Source: Octopus sinensis (taxonomy: Eukaryota). From it: 64,000 nt of DNA. This document shows positions 25,723-36,265 of this stretch, piece after piece. The position numbers were made by a program, and so were the translations under genes. Under the pieces are notes generated by a model. It worked only from the letters and a program-made list of their open reading frames with translations, was not told the DNA's origin and made no database searches. How positions within the stretch are numbered: position 1 is the first letter of the stretch; the number at the start of each line of letters is the position of its first letter. The stretch covers positions 3,596,001 to 3,660,000 of the forward strand of contig NC_043014.1 of NCBI RefSeq assembly GCF_006345805.1, written 5' to 3'.

Positions 25723-26058
25723 ATGTTCCAGTTGTGAAATCTCAAACAGTGACATTCTCCATCTCTTCTTCTGCCAAAATTGGTGATTCTGCTCAGTTCT
25801 TCTGCAATGCCACCACCACAGAACCTCAGTACGATGCTTATTTCATGCATAATGACAACCAGATTTCTAAAGCCATAGCTTCTTATGTTCGAGGTCAAAG
25901 TAGTTCCAACATTTCAGTCACTGGTTCAGGCAACCAGTATTACTATAAGTATTCGATCAGTTCTTTGTCTTGCTCTGACCGAGGGAATTACAGGTGTTAC
26001 GTGGTGAATCAAAATTCTGATCTGTTCAAGACTAACAGTGTGACACTTGATGTTCTGG
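25723..26058 (+). CDS. Three-Ig protein, right copy, exon 2 (Ig domain 1, divergent)
   Basis: Same splice sites and 336-nt length as the left copy; open frame; Cys and DxGxYxC retained. Confidence 0.9.
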
Positions 26059-26256
26059 GTAAGGATTACCTTTATCTACTTTCACTTTTACTCCCCCTTT
26101 CTCTCTCTCCTCTTTCTCTCCCTCTTCCCCTCTATCCTCGTCCTCCCCTCTCTCTCTCTCTCACATACAATGAAATTGTTGATGATCCTTAACTTACCTA
26201 ACAAAATTTCTTGCATTTCAATGTCCCTTTTTGTTCCCTTTTCGTTTTTCCTACAG

Positions 26257-26537
26257 GTCCAGCTGGAACTCCCGATCTGACGGCTCCTTCTAATAATCAA
26301 ATTCTCAATGACATTGTCACCGTTTTTGCGAGAGTAACGTTGGAAGTCCTGCACAGGAATTACACCTTTGTGTTGGCAATACCCGCGCTAAACCAAACCC
26401 ACCAGTTAAACAGGTCGATCAGTGCATTTTCACACAAACTGCAAGCCTAACATTTCAAGTCACCAAGACAACCAAGACGGCTACATGTAGAGTGGGGTCA
26501 AGTTATTTGGAAGATAAACAAACCTGGGAAGTTTACT
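26257..26537 (+). pseudogene. Three-Ig protein, right copy, exon 3 with a 1-nt deletion (frameshift as assembled)
   Basis: 281 nt versus 282 in the left copy; T5 instead of T6 at ~26323. The shifted frame stops at 26450. Also carries a Cys-to-Arg change. Confidence 0.75.
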
Positions 26538-27385
26538 GTAAGTTGTCTGTTTTTCTTCTCTGTTGCTATTATTATTTCTTCAGAAATCAGAGAAAACACA
26601 GTGAGTTGGTTGGATTCTGTGTAAAGAATGGATGGGAGGCAATGTGCCTTCCTCCAGAGATTGGCGTTTGGAGATTGATTGGAACCAGTGGTCACTCAAT
26701 GCTCAAGATTCTTGGATTAGGTGTGAAGGTGGGAAATAATGTTGCCAGAAAATTCTTGGAAGATTCTCACAAAGCAAGTCATTACATCTGGGTTGAGAGA
26801 GGAGATGAGTGATGCAGCAAGAATGAGCATGGGAGACAGGATAGAAACATCTGGCCCAGAATCTGAACATCATGTAGTTTGTTGGGTTGCCCTGGGTATC
26901 TCTGGTTTCACAGTGGAAGGGACTCAAACACCTACAGACCTCATCAGGGGACAGCACATAAGTGTTTACCCTAAATGTTAATCTTTTACTGGTTTCAGTC
27001 ACTGGATTGTGCCCATGCTGGGGCTTTGTCCCCAACATTTGTTTCCACAATCATTCCAAGTGCAGGATGTATTTTATCAACTCCTACTGAACGACTGCTA
27101 AGTCAAGCCTTTGATGCTTGACCAGTTTATTTTCTTCACTGCTAATACTAGACAGGGGCCGGGGATATCAATGTGCATGCACACAATTATATGATTAAGG
27201 GTGCGAAACTGAGTTATACCATTTGGTTGATAACTGATGAAGAATTAGGGACCTTCTGCGTCTGTCTTCCGTCTGTTTGTGCACTTCATATACGTTATAC
27301 ATTTTCACTTGTTGTTTGTGTATTTAGAATAGATTTTAAAAAATTTATTAAGTTACAGAATGCAATGCACCCAGGCTTTTAATAT

Positions 27386-27438
<53 letters not shown>

Positions 27439-27697
27439 CAATTGCAGGGTGGAAGGTTTTTATAAGCCATTTAAGAAACACACAAAAGCCGTTCGATTCA
27501 CTTCAACATTTAAGTTTAATTTGCGACGGATTTTAGCGATGAAAATATTTTGACAAATTAAACTTAAATGTTGAAAGGAATCGAACGGCTTTTGTGTGTT
27601 TCTTAAATGGCTTACAAACACCTTCCACGCTGCAATTGTTTTCGTTTCAGCACACGATCTCAGATCAAATTACTTGCTATGCGAGTACATCTCCGTA

Positions 27698-27742
<45 letters not shown>

Positions 27743-28749
27743 GGCTCTCTGTCAGTTACGAGGGTTCCAGTTAAGCCAGTCAACGGAACAGCCTGCTTGT
27801 GAAATTAAGATGCAAGTGGCTGAGCACTCCACAGACACGTGTACCCTTAACATAGTTGTCAGGGAGATTGAGCATGACACAGAGTGTGACAAGGCTGGCC
27901 CCTTTTAATTACAGGCACAATAGAAACAGGGAAAAAAGAGTGAGAGAAAGTTGCAGTGAAAAAGTACAGTAGGGTTCAACCCCTACCCCCACTGCTGGAT
28001 CCTCATCGAGCTTTAGGCGTGTTTTCACTCAATAAACACTCACATTGCCCAGTCTGGGAATTGAAACTGTGATCCTACAACTATGAGTCCACTGCCCTAA
28101 TCACTGGGCCATTTTGCCTCTACAGATATATATATATATACATATTATTATTCAATGAGTTCTTCATTTGATCAGACAGCAGAGTGTAATACAAGAGACA
28201 TTTAGTTGCTATTTCTAGCAGTGCTATTGACCCCATAGCAATGTTTCAGTCATTGTTAATGTAGGGATTGGGGAAAAAAGCAGAGAAATTATTTCTCTCT
28301 CATCACTGGGCATCAAGCCCTAGAAAATCTGTCACCCAAGGAGTGTTAAACATATATATCATCATCATCATCATCATCATCATCGTCGTCGTTTAGCGTC
28401 CGCTTTCCATGCTGGCATGGGTTGGACAGTGCAACTGGGGTCTGGGAAGCCAGAAGGCTGCACCAGGCCCAGTCTGATCTGGCAATGTTTCTACAGCTGG
28501 ATGCCCTTCCTATCGTCAACCACTCCATGGGTGCTTTTAATGTGCCACCGGCACAGGTGCCAGGCGAGGCTGGCAAAAACGGCCACGATCGGATGGTGCT
28601 TTTTATGTGCCACCAGCACGGAGGCCAGGCGAGGCTGGCAACGGCCACGTTCGGATGGTTCTCTTATGTGCCACCAGTACTGGTATCACAGCTACAATTT
28701 CCATTCATGTTGATCGATGTTGATTTTTATACATATATAGATATATATA

Positions 28750-28787
<38 letters not shown>

Positions 28788-29043
28788 CTTATTTTAGGTG
28801 CAGGCATGTGGGTAACAAGTTCTCTTTCAAACCTTGTGGTTTTAGGTTCAACCTCACTGCACAGCACTTGTGTGCCTTCTGCAATGGCCTTTGACTGTGG
28901 GAAGTTAAGAAGGGATGAAGGGACAAGGAGCACTATAAGAAGGTATTCATGCATTGAGATGAGAATAAGGGGAAATGTGTCTGTATATAGACCTTTTCTG
29001 AAGGGGTTATTTGGGCTGTGTGTGTGTGCATGTGTGTGTGTGT

Positions 29044-29079
<36 letters not shown>

Positions 29080-29174
29080 AAGGGAGTGAGAGTAAAGTGC
29101 CACATTTGACAACAAAGTGTTGCCACATAAAATGGTTTCAGTAAATTCTCTTTTGATCATCTGTTTTCTTTCAG

Positions 29175-29527
29175 ATCCCGTTGATGCCATCAGACTAATT
29201 CCAAATGTCACAGAATGGACACTGGTTCGTGGCACGAAAAGAAGATTTCGCTGTGTAGCATTCGGCAACCCTGACCCCACAACCATGTGGGAGTTCTTCC
29301 CAGAGACATCTCAAACTAGCAGGATATCTTGGGGTAGAACTATGGAACTGGACCCTGACACAAGTGGGGTGTATGTGTGTACCGCTAACAACACGGTTGG
29401 CGGAATCTCCCATAAATTGACCAAGACTGTGACCGTTACCATCTTTAACTCAGCCATCACGGCTTACAACTCTCTCAATCTCTCTCTTGCTCTCTCTCTC
29501 GCTCTCTCTCTCTCCCTCACTCTCTGA
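29175..29527 (+). CDS. Three-Ig protein, right copy, terminal exon 4 (Ig domain 3 plus putative GPI signal)
   Basis: Four substitutions versus the left copy; CT-repeat tail is 12 nt longer and stays in frame. Confidence 0.8.
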
Positions 29528-30340
29528 ATTCTTCCTTTCCTATTTTTTTGATCTTTTATGTACGTAAGTATATATATCACTCACACATACATATACACAC
29601 ACTAAATTCATGTGTGTAGATGTATGCATATTTTATGTATGTATATTTTATGTACCTGTTCGGACATACATATACATACATACGTATACATACATACAAG
29701 GACACACGCATACATATACATACATACAAGCATAAACATGCACACACACAAATACACATGTACAGATAAACAAGAACTAAAATGCTGGCTGGTCATTTTT
29801 TGGACAATTATGGTCCCTGTTAGGGTATATATATATACATATATATTTTGTATATATCATACATATATAATTTTGTATATATTTCACATATATATATATA
29901 CATATGTATATGTGTGTGTGTGTCTTACCTTTGTATGGTATTTTTTCCCATGCTGGTCACTTGATAATATCGATGTTTGAACGTCGATATTAACTTATTT
30001 ATAAATATATTATATATATATTATATATATATATATAATATATAATATAATATATATATATATATATAATATATTATATATAATATATATATAATATAAT
30101 ATATATATATATACGTAAATGTATGTATATACATATATATATATGTATGTATATATGTATATATGTTGATATATTTGTTTTGCAAGATTTTGATGTGAAA
30201 TCGTGTGTTGAAACAGATATTGTTATAGTTCGGAATGGTCATTTTGCCAGTTTAGCTAATAAAAACACACGCACTATATATTTGGTGTTACTTTGCTTCA
30301 GTGTTATTTGTTTTTTAAATTAATCTTAATCTTATTTCGG

Positions 30341-30380
30341 CCAGAGTTCTTTCATCACACTCCTGTGACCGCATCAGTGG
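30341..30380 (-). ncRNA. Type I hammerhead-like motif (CTGATGC instead of CTGATGA)
   Basis: CCA-CTGATGC-G-GTCACA(GGAG)TGTGAT-GAAA-GAAC-TC|TGG. Confidence 0.55.
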
Positions 30381-30580
30381 TCCTTTGCTTTCTTCTTTCT
30401 TATTTGTGTGTCTCTCCTTACTAACCGTCAGCCATTTTGTATTTCTATTGTATGTGTCTTCATTTGTGCATGTGTATATCTCTATGTGCGTTTATGTGTG
30501 AAGACACATAAAAACGAAATACAAAATGGCTGACAGTTAGTATGGAGAGACACACAAATAAGAAAGAAGAAAGCAAAGGA

Positions 30581-30620
30581 CCACTGATGAGGTCACAGGA
30601 GTGTGACGAGAGAACTCTGG
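30581..30620 (+). ncRNA. Type I hammerhead-like motif (GAGA instead of GAAA)
   Basis: CCA-CTGATGA-G-GTCACA(GGAG)TGTGAC-GAGA-GAAC-TC|TGG. Confidence 0.55.
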
Positions 30621-30789
30621 CCGAAATAAGATTAAGATTAATGTAAAAAATAAATAACACTGAAGCAAAGTAACACCAAATATATAGTGCGTGTGTTTTT
30701 ATTGGCTAAACTGGCAAAATGACCATTCCTATATATGTATATACACATATATATATTTATATATGTATGTATATGCATATATATATATA

Positions 30790-30877
<88 letters not shown>

Positions 30878-30921
30878 TCCACCTGCCTTCGTCTTTTGTT
30901 TATTTTCATAAAGCTTCCCGT

Positions 30922-30956
<35 letters not shown>

Positions 30957-31741
30957 GTGTGTGTGTGTATATATATGTATATTTATATATATATATATAT
31001 TATATATATATATATTATATTTATATATATATATATATAGATATATATATATATGTATATATATATATGTGTGTGTATGTGTGTGTATGTGTATATATAT
31101 ATATAAATATATGAGTAGCAAAGATGTATAAGTGTCAGTTCATTACAGAGAGGGAAATTAAAACTGCATATGTTGTGAACTTAGAATATGTGTTTATTAA
31201 TAAAAGTTTAATAATGATAATCTTTTATTCATACGAATGTAACTGATATGAAATATGTCATAAATAACAGTGACAAATTCATATGACACTGCAAATAATT
31301 GTTGTTGACACACTACAGCAGAAAATGTATTAAATTCAATAGACGTCATTGATTGGTTGAAATTGCCGAAATGCAAGAAATTAAGCCACAAATAGCTTAC
31401 AAACTACAAAATTTTCTCAAGAAAACCAAGTGAAAAAGATGTTTTATGTAACCCACTACCAGTATACGAAGTTTAAAAGTGTTTAGTTACTACAAAGAAA
31501 TTATTTTAAAAATCTGCCGGTCAAAACGAAAAGATCCCAACTTTTTTATAACAATAACTTTAAATAAATAGAAAAGTTATTATATATAAAAAATATAATT
31601 ATCATTATATCTTTTTACATGTTTTATTACAGTTTGTAGATTCAGTAAGACCCTGATACTTAATTATACACATATATATTATTGTTGCATGTGATTATAA
31701 TAACGATTTTAGATTGATATTATTTGAGATATATAGATATA

Positions 31742-32048
31742 CTAGCAGTATCGCCCGGCATTGGTCGGGTTTGTAAGGGAAATAACTATATAAGCATTTT
31801 TAGAGAGTTACTTCCCTTGTATAACCTGAGCAAAAATCATTAAAAATGCGGAAAAATGATGGTAAATTTCTTTTTAAATCGAAGACTCATCGTAGACGCG
31901 CGCTAATACCCAGAAAGGCTCGATATGAATGACAACTATAAGATAGCCACTTTTGGTTAAACTGCACCGCAAAATGTGGGAGTAGATAGGAATCTAAATC
32001 GGAGGAGACAGAGTCTCACACACACAACTTCAATTTTATATATAAAGA
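31742..32048 (-). mobile_element. Non-autonomous Helitron (duplicate of 5759-6065)
   Basis: Same termini and same insertion site, in the right arm. Confidence 0.85.
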
Positions 32049-32430
32049 TATTTCAATAGTTTTAGATTCTACTTAATTATTTTGCCCGTTATAATTTTTC
32101 TGTTTTTTTAATTTTTAATGTAATTGATATCTAGTTGAATGGTTAACACCCACCTAATAATACGTAAGCGTTTGAATTAATTTTTTTACAATCCAGCAAT
32201 TCTTTCACAAGGAAGTTTGTCTATCTACACACCAATGCCCTGATGTGACTTATATATAAGGGAACTGAATTGTTTATATATCAAAAAATGTATAAAGTCG
32301 AAACAAATTGTTGGCTTTTTTGGTTGTTTAAATAATTATGTTATATTATATTATATTCATAGTGTATTATGTTATTTTATAAATAAATTGTTGGATTGTC
32401 AATTAATCTCTCTAATTTATTGTTTGCATT

Positions 32431-32471
<41 letters not shown>

Positions 32472-32481
32472 TATATATATA

Positions 32482-32516
<35 letters not shown>

Positions 32517-32570
32517 TACATATGTGTATGTGTGTATATATATGCTTGTGAACATTAATATATACTCATT

Positions 32571-32616
<46 letters not shown>

Positions 32617-33417
32617 GAAAGGTAACAAACAACAACGGAAAAGAATTCCTTCAAAGGGGTGTGTAAAACACCCAATTCACTGGTACATTGGTTGAATACC
32701 ACAGAATTAGGGGTACAATGTAAATTGCAAACAATAAATTAGAGAGATTAATTGACAATCCAACAATTTATTTATAAAATAACATAATATACTATGAATA
32801 TAATATAATATAACATAATTATTTAAACAACCAAAAAAGCCAACAATTAGTTTCGACTTTATACATTTTTTGATATATAAACAATTTAGTTCCCTTATAT
32901 ATAAGTCACATCAGGGCATTGGTGTGTAGATAGACGAACTTCCTTGTGAAAGAATTGCTGGATTGTAAAAAAATTAATTCAAACGACTATGTATTATTAG
33001 GTGGGTGTTAACCATTCAACTAGATATCAATTACATTAAAAATTAAAAAAACAGCAATATTATAACGGACAAAATAATTAATTAGAATCTAAAACTATTG
33101 AAATATATATCTATATACCTCAAATAATATCAATCCAAACTCGTTATTATAATCACATGCAACAATAATATATATGTATGTAATTAAGTATTTTGAAATG
33201 TTCATGGTGCCACTGTGTGGATCTCATCAAAGAGATTACAATTAAAAAAAGTAGAACATTTTTGAAACATAAAATGGAGGAATACAAAATAAATCATAGC
33301 TTTCCATCTTACTGTTCGATTTGTTTGATTTTGAAGAATAGAAATTTATGGTTTATTATTGTTTGTATTTTTAATTAAACATATTTGGGAGAATGGAAAG
33401 CTTTTACATGTTTAGAG

Positions 33418-33618
33418 CAATGCTTTTCAAACTTTTTGCTGGAGAGGAACCCCAAGGGAACATTCCGCTGGCTCGTGGAACCCCCGTGCAATAATTTAAT
33501 AGTCTTATGCACACATATCTGCACAGGAGAATTAAAAATTACAGCCGATTTTAGCAGTTTTGTAACTTCTTGTGGAACCCCTGGACTGTACTGGCGGAAC
33601 CCTGGTTGAAAACCACTG
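33418..33618. mobile_element. hAT (Charlie-like) MITE
   Basis: 8-bp target duplication GTTTAGAG on both sides; imperfect TIRs CAATGCTTTTCAA and TTGAAAACCACTG. Confidence 0.8.
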
Positions 33619-34540
33619 GTTTAGAGTGTCTATGGGTCTTAATCTGGCCCCAACATCTGTATATACACAGAAATTTAAGGAGACAGAAGTTGGAAGTGAG
33701 TTGGGAGAGGGACATCAAGGTGAAAACTTAGAAACTGAACCAGAAGATAGATAGATAGGTAGAGAGAGAGAGAGAGAGAGAGAGGAAGAGAGAGAGGGAG
33801 GAAGAGAGAGAGAGAGCTATGATTATTATAGTGACAGCAGTGCTTGATCTGTTGCTCTATGCTCAGAATAATTAATATTTTGTTTCATTTCTACGAATTA
33901 AGTAAAACAACATTGAAACAAGAGGAACACTTGACAGACCAAAACTCTTGCATTCGTTTTTAACTGTTTTTATTTCTAAAACCAACAAAATACGCAAATA
34001 AAGCAATGACAGGAAATTCTGACAATGCCTGTGTCTACAAAATTCTAAGCAGTTTAATATTTCTTTAATTGGGATGTCTCTTGGTGTAGTCAACTGACTT
34101 TGAGCAGCAAAATGCTTAATTAGTTTATTAATTCGTCGGTTAATCAAGCAATTGAAAGAACGGTTATTTCCTGAGTCATTCTTCTTACAGGTGAAAAAGG
34201 TATATATTTGATTTTATGCATCATCAGAGCTAGAGGAAGATTTTAGTTAAAAGAAGACATACCAAAGTTCTTCCCCGAAAGTTCTTCCAGACTAAATAAG
34301 TGTGCTTAAACAATTCTCAAGATTATTTGTACCAATTGGTTTTCAAATATAACGTTTTTTTGAGGTGCTATGTGTCTTTTTATAAATTCATAGAAATAAC
34401 CTCAAAAAACTGATGCACCCTGTTCACAGATACACAGACATACACATGGAGCCACATGTGAAATGCAGCAGTTAAGAAAGAAATATTCTACAGAGACCAG
34501 GGTGTGACATGAAGAGAGACAGCTTATGTTTATAGAACAA

Positions 34541-34848
34541 CTTAGCAGTATTGCCCGGCGTTGCTCGGGTTTGTAAGGGAAATAACTATATAAGTATTTT
34601 TAGAGAGTTACTTCCCTTATATAACCCGAGCAAAAATCATTAAAAATGCGGAAAAATGAAGGTAAATTTTATTTTAAATCTTAGACTCATCGTAGACGTG
34701 CGCTAATACCCAGAAGGGCTCGATATGAATCACGACTATAAGATACCCGGTTTTGGTTAAACTGCACCGCAAAATGTGGGAGTAGTTAGGAATCTAAATC
34801 GGAGTAGACAGACACACACACACACAACTTTAGTTTTATATATAAAGA
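34541..34848 (-). mobile_element. Non-autonomous Helitron
   Basis: Same family; the 3' end reads CTAAG. Confidence 0.8.
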
Positions 34849-35029
34849 TGACAGTTAGCTAAGTAGTGACCGACACAGATAGACACCTGCACATATAGCT
34901 AGATAGATAGATAGAGAGAAAGAATGGGAAAGAGAGAGAGAGAGAGAGATAGGTCTCCTCTCTAGACGCATGGTAATATTGTGTCTTAGCTGTAAGAGCA
35001 GTGGTGGGAGGGGAACCAGTGGTTTCCTA

Positions 35030-35101
35030 CTGCAGTGAGTGTCATCTGTGGTAAATTCCATGTAAGGTGGGCCTTCCTCTTTGTCCTCAGCAGTCAAATG
35101 C
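35030..35101 (-). CDS. Candidate cytoplasmic-tail exon (HLTAEDKEEGPPYMEFTTDD..; 3' end uncertain)
   Basis: ttcttttgccag acceptor; acidic sequence with a YxxF motif; donor not firmly placed. Confidence 0.35.
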
Positions 35102-35242
35102 CTGGCAAAAGAACAACGGAATAAGTATCATCGTGAAAATGCAAACAGAATGCAATGGGTTGAAAATGGCAGAGCCACAAGACATATTCTGTAGAATAAA
35201 AAAAAATAATAGAATAGTAAATTTAAAAGAAAAGAAACAGAC

Positions 35243-35384
35243 AGGAGTGGCTGTGTGGTAAGTGTATTGCTTACCGACCACATGGTTCCGGGTTCAGTCC
35301 CACTGCATGGCACCTTGGGCAAGTGTCTTCTACTATAACCTCGGGCCGACCAAAGCCTTGTGAGTGAATTTGGTAGGCGGAAAC

Positions 35385-35442
<58 letters not shown>

Positions 35443-35655
35443 GATGTGTGTTTGTGTGTCCGTGTTTGTCCCCCCTAGCATTGCTTGACAACCGATGCTG
35501 GTGTGTTTATATCCCCGTCACTTAGCGGTTCAGCAAAAGTGACCGATAGAATAAGTACTGGTCTTACAAAAGAATAATCCTGGGGTCGAGTTGCTCGATT
35601 AAAGGTGGTGCTCCAGCATGGCCGCAGTCAAATGACTGAAACAAGTAAAAAGAAA
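35243..35655 (+). mobile_element. Full-length tRNA-derived SINE
   Basis: AGGAGTGGCTGTGTGGTAAG head through TGACTGAAACAAGTAAAAGA tail, with an internal (TA)n expansion. Confidence 0.75.
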
Positions 35656-36265
35656 AAGAAAAAAAGAAACAGATAGCGTGGATGTGTGTGTGTGCGTTGA
35701 GTGTTTGCAGTTACTTCCAGTCATAACAAATGACCAATTCATATTTTATCTCATTAACCCACACCTCTAAGCGGATTGTTAACACCATTATAGACAGACA
35801 GACAGACAGATAGATAAGTAGATCTGTCTATCTCTCTCGATGTCGATGCCAGTGCCGCCTGACAGGCACCCATGCCAGTGACATGTGAAAAGCACCATTC
35901 AAGAGTGACCTACGCCAGTGCCACTTGACTGGCTCCTGTGCCAGTGGCACCTAAAGAGCACCCATTACATTCTCAGAGTGTAACAAACATAAAGAATGAC
36001 CCTTCATCAGTTGCTGGCTGTTTCCCTAGTCTCACATTTCGAACATTTAACAACAATATACGCTTTCAATGAAACAGTTGCTCCTGCAAAGCAAACTAAA
36101 TGAAATTTGGGATTTCGCGGAGGGTCAAAATAGGTAACACAAACAGGACAGTGAAAACAATCAGGAAGGGCTGCTAAGCCTAGACGAGGTTGTGGTGGCG
36201 AACGCGTACTCGTGCTTTGTACTTTTTTGCTGTACAAGTTTCCTGACATCCTGTGCCCACATATG

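Larger units (their letters stand above)
30232..30729. repeat. Foldback element (~230-bp arms) with a hammerhead-like motif in each arm
   Basis: Inverted arms GGAATGGTCATTTTGCCAG...CTGGCAAAATGACCATTCC; absent from the left arm of the duplication. Confidence 0.8.
21259..32430. repeat. Right arm of large inverted segmental duplication
   Basis: See left arm. Arm-specific foldback insertions at 27437-27700 and 30232-30729. Confidence 0.9.

Noticed and set aside
33870-34291. RDIPIKE and SGRTFGEEL fragments as a receptor tyrosine phosphatase wedge
   Set aside because: Wrong order on the strand, no phosphatase domain follows, and splice support is weak.
35243-35320. tRNA genes at SINE heads
   Set aside because: A and B boxes are present but there is no full cloverleaf, and each continues into a repeated SINE body.
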